Shown one piece after another: positions 16,427 to 24,000 of a stretch of 24,000 nt of DNA; the stretch's first letter is position 1; the number at the start of each line of letters is the position of its first letter. Below the pieces are notes generated by a model. That model did not search any database. It had not been told where the DNA came from and worked only from the letters and a program-made list of their open reading frames with translations. The DNA lies in NCBI GenBank assembly GCA_964434375.1, contig CAYSUU010000002.1, positions 12,896 through 36,895 of the forward strand, given 5' to 3'. A program made the position numbers and the translations under genes. Source of the stretch: an uncultured Gammaproteobacteria bacterium (GTDB taxonomy: Bacteria > Pseudomonadota > Gammaproteobacteria > Arenicellales > Arenicellaceae).

Positions 16427-18469
16427 CTATTTTTTATTTGCTACGCCAGTTAAAACGTCATAATTAGCGCATACTTCACCGTCTTGGTTGATGATGGTGG
16501 TGTCCCATCTCACTTCCCCCCACTCTTCAGTGAGGCGGTCTTTTTTCTGTTTACAAGTGAACTGAACTTGAATTGTGTCGCCTGGATAGACCGGTTTTTG
16601 GAACGATAGATTCTCCAATCCAGTATTAGCTAGCACTGGGCCTTCTCCTGGCCATACGAATAAACCTGCGGCGGCCGAAATGAGTAAGTAGCCATGCGCG
16701 ACGCGCCCATCAAAAAATGGATTACGTTTGGCAGCTTCTTCATCCATATGTGCATAGAACACATCACCTGAAAGCGCCGCAAATTCTTCAATAAGCTCGG
16801 TCGTAATGCGACGCGTTTCGCTGATTACTGTGTCACCAATTTCTATGTCTTCAAACATTTTCTTAAATGGATGAATTGTCTGCGTATTGCGGCTCGCACC
16901 TGGCATATAAGTGCCGGTAATTGCACTTAACATGTCGGGTGAACCTTGTAATGCAGTGCGCTGCATAAAGTGTTTAACGCCTCTAACACCGCCTTGTTCT
17001 TCACCACCGCCCGCTCGCCCGGGCCCACCGTGCACTAATTGAGGTAGTGGCGCACCGTGTCCTGTTGACTCTTTAGCACAGCTTTCGTTCAGCACTAGAA
17101 TACGTCCATGGTGTGGGGCTATGCCTAAGGCGGTGTCGCGTGCGATATTGGAATCCTTAGTAATTAGCGAGCCGACCAAACTGCCTTTGCCACGCGCGGC
17201 AACTTCGATGGCATGTGCTGTGTCAGTAAAAGGAATCAATGTAGTTACTGGACCAAACGCTTCAATGTCGTGAGCGTTGGTGTTATTCGGGTCTTGGCTG
17301 ACCATTACTAATGGCGAGATAAAAGCTCCCGTGTCAGCGTCTGCGCCTATTGCTTCTACGTTGTCTGGGTCACCGTATACGAGTTCATTGCTGGCGCTTA
17401 ATTGATCAACCGCAGCTCGAACATCCTCGCGTTGCTCAAGGCCTGCGAGGGCACCCATACGTACGGCCTCATTATCTGGATCGCCTACTCTTATTTTGGC
17501 TAATTTCGCGGCTAGGGCATCTGCCACGGCTTCAATTCTGTTTTGCGGTACAAGTGCACGTCTTATAGCGGTACATTTTTGTCCGGCTTTACCGGTCATT
17601 TCCTTAACAACTTCTTTGATATAAAGATCAAATTCCGCAGAATCTGGTTCTACATCGCTACCCAGAATAGAACAATTCAGAGAATCAGCCTCCATCACGA
17701 AGCGAGTGTTTTGTTGTGCGATAACAGGGTGTTGTTTTAGTTTCAAACCGGTGGCAGCCGATCCTGTAAAGCCAACCACATCTTCATAGGTCATATGGTC
17801 GAGTAGATCGCCTGCACTGCCGCACACGAGTTGAATAGTCCCAGGCGGAAGAATGTCCGACTCTATAATGTGGCGCACCATAAGCTCGGTCAAAAAAGCA
17901 GTTTGACTGCCAGGTTTCACAATGCTCGGTACACCGGCTACGATAGCCGGCGCGAGCTTTTCCAACATGCCCCAGCATGGAAAATTAAAAGCATTAATTT
18001 GTACTGCAACTCCACGCAAGGGCGTATAAATATGTTGACCGATAAACGTGCCGTTGCGGGATAGAGCTTCATGGTTACCGTCGATATAGACTTGACTATT
18101 TGGCATGCCGATACGAGCTTTACTTGAAATAGAAAACAGCGTGCCAATCCCTCCTTCGATATCGACCCATGAATCACTTCTTGTCGCGCCAGTTGCTTTT
18201 GATGATTGGTAAAAAACTTCCTTTCTTTGTAGCAAGTATGCGGCCAACTCCTTAAGCATTATCGCGCGCTCATGGAAAGTATATTTTCGCAGTGCTGGGC
18301 CACCCACTGAGCGGGCGTATTGGAGCATATCCGCGAAGTCGAGACCATCACTTGATATTTGAGCAACGACATCACCTGAAATCGAACTGCGTAGAATGGT
18401 TCCATCGTTACTTGATGTATACCATTGACCAGCTGCATAGCTTTGTAGCTTGTAAGCTTGTGAATTCAT
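16427..18469 (-). CDS. paaZ: Bifunctional oxepin-CoA hydrolase / 3-oxo-5,6-dehydrosuberyl-CoA semialdehyde dehydrogenase PaaZ
   Basis: 680-aa ORF of E. coli PaaZ size. It has an N-terminal aldehyde dehydrogenase domain (GSAATG, EADSLN, GQKCTA) and a C-terminal MaoC/hot-dog hydratase domain (FAALSGD...H.D...A, VAHGYL). Its stop lies directly upstream of the paaA SD. Confidence 0.93.
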   Translation of the reverse strand: MNSQAYKLQSYAAGQWYTSSNDGTILRSSISGDVVAQISSDGLDFADMLQYARSVGGPALRKYTFHERAIMLKELAAYLLQRKEVFYQSSKATGATRSDSWVDIEGGIGTLFSISSKARIGMPNSQVYIDGNHEALSRNGTFIGQHIYTPLRGVAVQINAFNFPCWGMLEKLAPAIVAGVPSIVKPGSQTAFLTELMVRHIIESDILPPGTIQLVCGSAGDLLDHMTYEDVVGFTGSAATGLKLKQHPVIAQQNTRFVMEADSLNCSILGSDVEPDSAEFDLYIKEVVKEMTGKAGQKCTAIRRALVPQNRIEAVADALAAKLAKIRVGDPDNEAVRMGALAGLEQREDVRAAVDQLSASNELVYGDPDNVEAIGADADTGAFISPLVMVSQDPNNTNAHDIEAFGPVTTLIPFTDTAHAIEVAARGKGSLVGSLITKDSNIARDTALGIAPHHGRILVLNESCAKESTGHGAPLPQLVHGGPGRAGGGEEQGGVRGVKHFMQRTALQGSPDMLSAITGTYMPGASRNTQTIHPFKKMFEDIEIGDTVISETRRITTELIEEFAALSGDVFYAHMDEEAAKRNPFFDGRVAHGYLLISAAAGLFVWPGEGPVLANTGLENLSFQKPVYPGDTIQVQFTCKQKKDRLTEEWGEVRWDTTIINQDGEVCANYDVLTGVANKK

Positions 18470-18519
18470 CTTATTTATCTCTTTATTTGCACGAGGCTTA
18501 GTAAGGCTTAATAGTTCGC

Positions 18520-19107
18520 CTAGGGTTTATGTTGATAGTCGGCGAGTTTTAATCCAGGTCGTTCTAAGTTCACATTTTTTTCGGCACTCGTTTCTTTCAT
18601 ATTGCTTGGGTATATTCGGCTTAGCATTTGATAGTGAGCCGTGCCCTGCGCTTTCCATTCGAGTTCTTCTGGCCTTAGTGCTCGTTTTACTTTTGCTGGA
18701 TTGCCTAAGGCTAAACAGTTAGGCTCGATTTCAGTGTTTGCTGTGACCAAAGAGCCAGCGCCTACAATGGTGTTTTGACCGATAATGGCCTTGTCTAAAA
18801 TCGTGCTGTTTATGCCGACCATTGCGTTCTTTTTTATGGTGCAGCCGTGCAAGATAGATCCATGACCGATATGACCATTTTCTTCTACTTGGGTATCTGT
18901 GCCAGGAAAGCCATGCATGCAACAATGTTCTTGAAGGTTTGCACCCGCGCCTAATATCAAGCGCCCAAAATCTCCGCGCATGGTGGCCATAGGTGCAACG
19001 AACGCGCCTTTTAATACAAAAACATCACCTATCAATATTGCTTCTGGATGCACAAAGGCACCGTCTTCGACAACTGGAGTAACCCCATTGAGTGAGTAAA
19101 TTGGCAT
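18520..19107 (-). CDS. paaY: PaaY, hexapeptide-repeat (gamma-carbonic-anhydrase-like) acyl-CoA thioesterase of the paa pathway
   Basis: 195-aa ORF. MPIYSLNGVTPVV...FVHPEAILIGDV parallels E. coli PaaY MPIYQIDGLTPVV...FVHPTAVLIGDV, and HIGHGSILHGC is also shared. It is the first gene of the minus-strand paa operon here. Confidence 0.9.
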   Translation of the reverse strand: MPIYSLNGVTPVVEDGAFVHPEAILIGDVFVLKGAFVAPMATMRGDFGRLILGAGANLQEHCCMHGFPGTDTQVEENGHIGHGSILHGCTIKKNAMVGINSTILDKAIIGQNTIVGAGSLVTANTEIEPNCLALGNPAKVKRALRPEELEWKAQGTAHYQMLSRIYPSNMKETSAEKNVNLERPGLKLADYQHKP

Positions 19108-19148
19108 GTTTATTAAACGATAGTCTGGCGCTTTTCATTAAGCAACAT

Positions 19149-19176
19149 ATGATACAAAATTTTCATAAAAAGTCAA
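19149..19176 (-). promoter_or_regulatory. Candidate sigma70 promoter of the paaY-Z-A-B-C-D-E operon
   Basis: The minus strand reads TTGACT (19176-19171), a 16-nt spacer, then TATCAT (19154-19149). The -10 hexamer lies inside the left operator half-site. The right half-site lies just upstream of the -35 hexamer. Confidence 0.5.
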
Positions 19177-19189
19177 AATTAAGTATCAT
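19162..19189 (+). promoter_or_regulatory. Candidate sigma70 promoter for paaG-J-K embedded in the operator
   Basis: The plus strand reads TTCATA (19162-19167), a 16-nt spacer, then TATCAT (19184-19189). The -10 hexamer lies inside the right half-site. This is a weaker match than the minus-strand promoter. Confidence 0.3.
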
Positions 19190-19213
19190 AAAAACCCGAA
19201 CTCAGATATACTT

Positions 19214-19241
19214 TTGTACTAGGCTTGAGGCGCCATATAAG
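19214..19241 (+). promoter_or_regulatory. Alternative candidate promoter for paaG-J-K
   Basis: TTGTAC (19214-19219), a 16-nt spacer, then TATAAG (19236-19241), about 80 nt upstream of the paaG ATG. It lies outside the inverted repeat. Confidence 0.3.
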
Positions 19242-19321
19242 TCTTTTTCCGTAGAACTTCGTCGCCTTTGTATTGATTTCGTTTAGACAAATAAACTAAC
19301 AATAAATAGAAACGAAAAGTT

Positions 19322-20122
19322 ATGAATGACACTATTTATAAGCACATCCAATTTTCTGTTGACGATGGTTTAGCGACCCTAACTCTAAACCGCCCCGATA
19401 GGCTCAATAGTTTTAATGCTGAAATGCATCTTGAAGTGAAACAAGCATTTGAGCTTATTAAGCAAAATACAGACCTTCGTTGTCTTTTAATAACAGCTAA
19501 TGGGCGCGGTTTTTGTGCAGGCCAAGATCTTAGCGATCGAGCCGTAAGTGTCGGTGATCAAGCTCCCGATCTTAGTATATCTATTGAAAAAAATTACAAT
19601 CCGCTTGTACGAAACATTACCGGCCTCGCAATGCCTGTCGTATGCGCAGTAAATGGGGTGGCAGCCGGCGCTGGTGCAAACATAGCTTTGGCGTGTGATT
19701 TGGTTCTGGCCGCGAAGTCAGCAAGTTTTATCCAATCATTTAATAAACTAGGCTTAGTGCCTGATTCAGGCGGAACTTGGATGCTACCTAAACTAGTTGG
19801 CCATGCTCGTGCCATGCGTTTATGCCTATTAGGTGAAAAAGTGAGCGCCGACCTAGCCCTTGAAATGGGAATGATTGCGCAAGTCCATGAGGATGAAGAG
19901 TTACTTACAGAGGCAACGGAACTAGCAAGACAACTAGCCAAAGCTCCGACTTATGGTTTAGGCCTAATTAAGCAAGCAATTCAAGCATCGGCCAATAATA
20001 GTTTTGAACAACAGCTCGAACTCGAATGCAAGTTTCAAGGTATGGCTGGGCGCAGTGATGATTATCGAGAAGGCGTTGATGCATTTATTAACAAGCGCGC
20101 CCCTAAATACTCAGGTCGTTAA
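19322..20122 (+). CDS. paaG: 1,2-epoxyphenylacetyl-CoA isomerase (crotonase family) PaaG
   Basis: The 266-aa ORF is colinear with E. coli PaaG rather than PaaF. Shared segments are TLTLNRP.RLNSFN, GRGFCAGQDL.DR, ICAVNGVAAGAGA, GGTW.LP, PT.GLGLIKQAI and AGRS.DYREGV.AF..KR.P. Confidence 0.9.
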   Translation: MNDTIYKHIQFSVDDGLATLTLNRPDRLNSFNAEMHLEVKQAFELIKQNTDLRCLLITANGRGFCAGQDLSDRAVSVGDQAPDLSISIEKNYNPLVRNITGLAMPVVCAVNGVAAGAGANIALACDLVLAAKSASFIQSFNKLGLVPDSGGTWMLPKLVGHARAMRLCLLGEKVSADLALEMGMIAQVHEDEELLTEATELARQLAKAPTYGLGLIKQAIQASANNSFEQQLELECKFQGMAGRSDDYREGVDAFINKRAPKYSGR

Positions 20123-20241
20123 TATGAGCGCTTCGCCTCTAAATTTCCAACGTCCAAATTAACTATCTGGCTGGTTTCTAGAAGGGTAATTTGCAGCGCA
20201 GTTTTGTATTAATAGTTTTAAAAAAGAACGTTAAAAGAACA

Positions 20242-21447
20242 ATGAATCAAGCCTATATATGTGACGCGATCAGAACACCTATTGGACGATACGGCGGTAG
20301 TTTGTCTAGTATTAGAACCGATGACTTAGGGGCGATACCCATAAGCGCACTTATGCAGCGTAATGAGAATGTCGACTGGCAAGCGGTGGACGACGTTATT
20401 TTTGGTTGCTCTAATCAGTCAGGAGAAGATAATCGAAATGTAGCGAGAATGTCATTACTCTTGGCAGGCTTGCCGCAAAATGTAGCAGGCTTAACGGTAA
20501 ACCGTTTGTGTGGCTCGGGACTGGATGCGATGAGTCTTGCAGCTCGTTGTATTAAAGTTGGCGAGGCCGAACTAATGATTGCCGGTGGCGTAGAAAGTAT
20601 GTCGCGTGCGCCGTTTGTGATGGGCAAGTCCAATCTAGCTTTTGACCGTTCGCAAACCATGTTTGATACCACTTTGGGTTGGCGTTTTATTAATAAGCAG
20701 TTCAAGCAAAGGTTTGGTGTTGATACCATGCCGGAAACGGCTGAAAACGTGGCTGAACAATTTTCGATTAGTCGCGAAGACCAAGATAAATTCGCTTTGG
20801 CGAGCCAGCAAAAAACTGCAGCTGCTCAAGCGAATGGCTTTTTCGATGAAGAAATTATCTCGGTTTCCGTTCCTCAAGGAAAAAAAGCCCCTCTCACTTT
20901 TGAGCAAGATGAACACCCGAGAGGCAACACTAGTCTTGAAGGTCTGTCGAAGTTATCTACCCCATTTCGAGAAAACGGTACGGTGACCGCTGGGAATTCT
21001 TCCGGTTTGAATGATGGCGCTTGCGCTATGTTATTGGCTTCGCAGGGCGCTATTAAGTCTCACGCTTTAAAACCCAGAGCGCGAGTGGTCGCTTCTGCGG
21101 TAGTAGGTTTAGAACCACGCATTATGGGCTTCGGGCCGGCGCCGGCTGTCAAAAAAGTTCTTACTCTGAGTGGTTTATCGTTAGAGCAAATGGATGTTAT
21201 TGAATTAAACGAAGCCTTTGCTTCTCAGGCCTTGGCCGTGACTCGAAATTTAGGTTTGGATGATGATGACGCTCGAGTGAACCCATATGGTGGAGCTATC
21301 GCCTTAGGGCACCCGTTGGGTATGTCTGGTGCGCGTCTTGTTAGCACTGCTATTAATCAATTGCATAGAACTAACGGACGTTATGCCTTGTGCACAATGT
21401 GTATTGGTGTAGGGCAGGGGATTGCCGCGATTATCGAGCGTGTTTAA
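20242..21447 (+). CDS. paaJ: 3-oxoadipyl-CoA / 3-oxo-5,6-dehydrosuberyl-CoA thiolase PaaJ
   Basis: Thiolase motifs are present: the N-terminal ICDAIRTPIGRYGG, the active-site VNRLCGSGLDA, NEAFASQ, and GHPLG.SGARL...CIGVGQG. The ORF track start 20191 (TTG) adds 17 non-homologous residues, so ATG 20242 is preferred. Confidence 0.9.
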   Translation: MNQAYICDAIRTPIGRYGGSLSSIRTDDLGAIPISALMQRNENVDWQAVDDVIFGCSNQSGEDNRNVARMSLLLAGLPQNVAGLTVNRLCGSGLDAMSLAARCIKVGEAELMIAGGVESMSRAPFVMGKSNLAFDRSQTMFDTTLGWRFINKQFKQRFGVDTMPETAENVAEQFSISREDQDKFALASQQKTAAAQANGFFDEEIISVSVPQGKKAPLTFEQDEHPRGNTSLEGLSKLSTPFRENGTVTAGNSSGLNDGACAMLLASQGAIKSHALKPRARVVASAVVGLEPRIMGFGPAPAVKKVLTLSGLSLEQMDVIELNEAFASQALAVTRNLGLDDDDARVNPYGGAIALGHPLGMSGARLVSTAINQLHRTNGRYALCTMCIGVGQGIAAIIERV

Positions 21448-21484
21448 GTAATATGGTGGTAGAACGCGCGATAGAGGAATTTTA

Positions 21485-22789
21485 ATGACGGTACATTTGA
21501 CACACAATAATCAAGATCTCGGTGAGCTCGAGCCGATAGAGAAAGCCACTATTGATGAGTTGCGCGCACTTCAAATGATACGCTTAAAATGGTCTTTGCA
21601 ACACGCGTACGATAATGTTCCCTTTTACAAAAAAACTTTTGACGAGGCTGGGGTTCATCCAAACGATCTTGATACTTTGGATGATCTTGATAAGTTTCCT
21701 TTTACTGTAAAAAATGATTTGCGCGATAACTATCCTTTTGGAATGTTCGCCGTACCCCGTGAAAAGGTAGTTCGCATACATGCGTCGAGCGGTACTACTG
21801 GCAAGCCCACGGTGGTGGGTTATACGCGCGATGACATTGATGCGTGGGCGAATGTGGTGGCAAGAACACTGCGCGCGGCAGGGGGGCGACCTGGCGATAT
21901 TTTGCACAATGCTTATGGTTACGGTTTATTTACCGGTGGCTTAGGCGCGCACTACGGCGCCGAGCGTTTAGGTTGTACCGTGGTGCCGATGTCAGGCGGC
22001 CAAACGGCCAAACAAGTGCAACTCATTCAAGATTTTAAGCCGCGCATTATTACCGTGACACCGTCCTATTGTTTAAATCTAATTGATGAGTTTGAAAATC
22101 AAAGCATTGATCCAAAGAGCTGTTCACTTGAAATTGGTATTTTTGGTGCTGAGCCATGGACTAATGAAATGCGCGCTGAAATTGAAGAACGTTTAGGTAT
22201 TGATGCAGTAGATATTTACGGTTTGTCAGAGGTGATAGGACCTGGTGTTGCGCAAGAATGTCTAGACCGTAAAGATGGACCTAGCGTGTGGGAGGACATG
22301 TTTTATCCTGAAATCATTGATCCAAACACAGGTGAGGTATTGCCTGATGGTGAGTTGGGTGAATTGGTCTTTACATCATTAATTAAAGAAGCCATGCCGA
22401 TTATTCGTTACCGCACCCGCGACCTTACTCGACTATTGCCGGGCACCTCTAGGCCGATGCGACGTATTGAAAAAATCACTGGCCGCTCCGACGACATGAT
22501 GATCATTCGCGGTGTTAACGTGTTTCCAACTCAACTCGAAGAACAAATTTTAGCGGTCGAAGGCTTAAGTCCACATTATCAAATCGAATTACACAAAAAG
22601 GGTAATTTAGATTCGATCACGGTTAACTGTGAAGTAACTAACGATGTTGCTGATACGGCAACCATTGCCAAACAACTGCAAAAACGAATCAAAGATATGG
22701 TTGGTGTTTCGGCAGACGTAAATGTGCTTGGCCCGAACGCTATCCCACGTTCGCAAGGAAAAGCACAGCGTGTCGTTGATACTCGTTAG
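21485..22789 (+). CDS. paaK: Phenylacetate-CoA ligase PaaK
   Basis: The 434-aa ORF is colinear with E. coli PaaK. Shared segments are VVRIHASSGTTGKPTVVGYT..DID.WAN.VAR.LRAAGG, GYGLFTGGLGAHYGAERLG, VTPSYCLNLI, IYGLSEV.GPGVA.EC, IRYRTRDLTRLLPGT and GRSDDM.IIRGVNVFP.QLEE. GAGGA lies 8 nt upstream of the ATG. Confidence 0.95.
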   Translation: MTVHLTHNNQDLGELEPIEKATIDELRALQMIRLKWSLQHAYDNVPFYKKTFDEAGVHPNDLDTLDDLDKFPFTVKNDLRDNYPFGMFAVPREKVVRIHASSGTTGKPTVVGYTRDDIDAWANVVARTLRAAGGRPGDILHNAYGYGLFTGGLGAHYGAERLGCTVVPMSGGQTAKQVQLIQDFKPRIITVTPSYCLNLIDEFENQSIDPKSCSLEIGIFGAEPWTNEMRAEIEERLGIDAVDIYGLSEVIGPGVAQECLDRKDGPSVWEDMFYPEIIDPNTGEVLPDGELGELVFTSLIKEAMPIIRYRTRDLTRLLPGTSRPMRRIEKITGRSDDMMIIRGVNVFPTQLEEQILAVEGLSPHYQIELHKKGNLDSITVNCEVTNDVADTATIAKQLQKRIKDMVGVSADVNVLGPNAIPRSQGKAQRVVDTR

Positions 22790-22808
22790 TTTCGTTGCAG
22801 GTTAAAGC

Positions 22809-24000
22809 TTAGTGCTCTAAAACGGCTCGAACGGACTTCTCAAAAATATCTACTATTTGATCAATCTCTGTGGTGGTGGTAACCAGTGGAGGAGAAAAAG
22901 CCACTGAGTCTACGCTTGGGAGAGGACGTGCGATTAAACCATTTTCATAGCATTGTTTGGTTACTTTCGCGGCCGTCTTTAACGTGCTATCTAAAAATGT
23001 CTTATTCCGAGCATCTTTCATCAATTGAACAGCGACCAACATACCTTTGCCGCGCACCTCACCAACGAAATTATCATCTTTGAAGCGCTTAAGGAGTTGT
23101 TCTTGAAAGTACGCTCCATTGGTAGCAGATAGCTGCACCAAATTATCGTTTTCTATAATGTCCAAATTTGCCAATGCAACGGCGGCACCAATAGGGTGGC
23201 CTGCATAGGTGTAGCCATGCGCAAAGTTGCCATACTTGGCCGAACCTTGTTTAATTACCTCCCATATTTGTTCTGTTATGAACGACGCGGATAAGGGAAA
23301 GTAACCGCTTGTAATACCTTTCGCTGTGGTGATCATATCCGGCTCAATGTTATATACATCACTGCCGAACCATGAGCCTAAACGACCAAAACCACATACC
23401 ACCTCATCAGCAATAAAAAGGATCTTGTACTTTTTTGTAACCTTTTGCATTTCTTCAAAATAGCCCTGTGGTGGCGGTACGACACCGCCTGCACCTAAGA
23501 TAGGTTCAGCTATAAATGCACCGATGGTTTCTGGGCCATGTTGTAAAATTAACTCTTCAAATTTATGCGCTCGACGCTTTGAAAATTCGAGTTCAGTTTC
23601 TCCTTCTAAGCTATGTCTGAAATAGTCCGGGGATTCCGTGTGTAAAACATCCTCGAGCGGTAGATTAAAGTCTTTATGAAATGACGCTAAGCCAGTCAAA
23701 CTTGCGGTTGCGATTGAGGTTCCATGATATGACTGCCATCTCGAAATTATCTTACGTTTTTCAGGCTTACCTATTAGGTTGTGATAATACCAAACTAATT
23801 TCATTAGTGAGTCATTACCATCGGAACCACCGCTTCCGAAAAAAACCTTAGACATATTTTTTGGCGCGATTTTCAAAAGTCGCTCTGCGAGCTCTATCTG
23901 AGGTACGTTCGACATGCCAGTGAAGGTGTGGTAATAGCCCATATTGCAGGCCGCAGCATGCATAGCGTCTGCGAGCTCTTTACGACCGTAACCTACATTG
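22809..24000 (-). CDS. Class-III PLP aminotransferase (omega-amino acid / amine:pyruvate transaminase-like). The 5' end lies outside the window.
   Basis: The ORF track starts at Met 23963, but the frame stays open to 24000. Upstream residues read NVGYGRKELADAMHAAA, a typical internal motif, so the N-terminus is off-window. Further motifs are FIADEVVCGFGRLG and PDMITTAKGITSGYFPLSA (PLP-Lys). Confidence 0.85.
   Translation of the reverse strand, partial: NVGYGRKELADAMHAAACNMGYYHTFTGMSNVPQIELAERLLKIAPKNMSKVFFGSGGSDGNDSLMKLVWYYHNLIGKPEKRKIISRWQSYHGTSIATASLTGLASFHKDFNLPLEDVLHTESPDYFRHSLEGETELEFSKRRAHKFEELILQHGPETIGAFIAEPILGAGGVVPPPQGYFEEMQKVTKKYKILFIADEVVCGFGRLGSWFGSDVYNIEPDMITTAKGITSGYFPLSASFITEQIWEVIKQGSAKYGNFAHGYTYAGHPIGAAVALANLDIIENDNLVQLSATNGAYFQEQLLKRFKDDNFVGEVRGKGMLVAVQLMKDARNKTFLDSTLKTAAKVTKQCYENGLIARPLPSVDSVAFSPPLVTTTTEIDQIVDIFEKSVRAVLEH

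Larger units (their letters stand above)
19148..19190. promoter_or_regulatory. Candidate PaaX operator: inverted repeat TATGATAC-N27-GTATCATA
   Basis: Read directly: TATGATAC (19148-19155), a 27-nt AT-rich spacer (19156-19182), then GTATCATA (19183-19190). The arms are a perfect 8-bp complement. It lies in the 214-bp paaY/paaG divergent intergenic region. The architecture matches the E. coli PaaX site as I recall it, TGATTC and GAATCA separated by about 26-27 nt. Confidence 0.6.

Noticed and set aside
19092-19286. 64-aa + strand ORF spanning the paaY/paaG intergenic region
   Set aside because: It begins inside paaY in antisense orientation and runs through the AT-rich promoter/operator DNA. 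It has no SD, and its composition reflects AT-rich non-coding sequence. The region is better explained by the promoters and the PaaX dyad.
20191-20241. Extended N-terminus of the thiolase from the TTG start in the ORF track
   Set aside because: The extra 17 residues (MQRSFVLIVLKKNVKRT) have no counterpart in thiolases. Thiolases begin a few residues before the conserved I.D..RTP.G motif, so ATG 20242 fits.
1089-23083. All other short track ORFs nested in or antisense to the called genes. Examples are 1089-1370(-), 4065-4346(-), 4633-4872(-), 4694-4924(+), 5384-5581(-), 6206-6514(-), 8520-8720(-), 10024-10251(-), 10901-11152(+), 12894-13133(+), 13275-13508(+), 14220-14468(+), 15438-15647(+), 17350-18501 (several), 18731-18925(-), 19594-19941(-), 20415-20986 (three), 21304-21507(-), 21584-21907(-), 21844-22038(+) and 22886-23083(+).
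   Set aside because: Each overlaps a long ORF that has strong family-level similarity. Their translations are Arg/Ser/Cys-rich or otherwise typical of out-of-frame or antisense reading, and none has a recognisable motif. I cannot exclude overlapping genes, but nothing supports them.
1-24000. Scan for CRISPR repeats, IS/transposase or integrase genes, tRNA/rRNA, long direct or inverted repeats, toxin-antitoxin pairs and known defence-system domains
   Set aside because: None was found by eye. Every ORF over 100 aa is accounted for by metabolic, regulatory or envelope functions. The intergenic regions are short, and the only repeats in them are the dyads reported above.

Overview
The window looks like chromosomal DNA from a moderately AT-rich gammaproteobacterium. 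This is judged from protein sequences that are nearly colinear with the E. coli Tdh, Kbl and Paa proteins as I recall them; no search was possible. Contents from left to right are as follows. (i) 1-4957 is an envelope or glycan-modification-like locus. It holds a partial, divergently transcribed membrane SpeE-like protein, then a co-directional set of four genes: an acyltransferase-3 with an extra N-terminal domain, a GtrA-like protein, a UbiA-family enzyme with a polyprenyl-phosphate phosphoribosyltransferase-like signature, and a HAD phosphatase. An ORF-track-missed 56-aa convergent ORF follows. (ii) 5363-7105 is a GTP-type PEP carboxykinase followed by a strong stem-loop. (iii) 7175-11748 is an AsnC/Lrp regulator divergent from a probable operon of an atypically long Cys/Met-family PLP enzyme plus kbl and tdh. 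(iv) 11796-22789 is a phenylacetate (paa) catabolic cluster arranged paaX, then paaY-Z-A-B-C-D-E on the minus strand, divergent from paaG-paaJ-paaK. No paaF, paaH or paaI is present in the window. The divergent promoter region contains a PaaX-type inverted repeat with a 27-nt spacer. (v) 22809-24000 is a partial class-III aminotransferase. I saw no rRNA, tRNA, CRISPR array, transposase, integrase or recognisable defence genes. The least-explained part is the 1-4957 locus, followed by the long PLP enzyme linked to kbl-tdh. All functional calls rest on motif and sequence recall and need HMM or BLAST confirmation.
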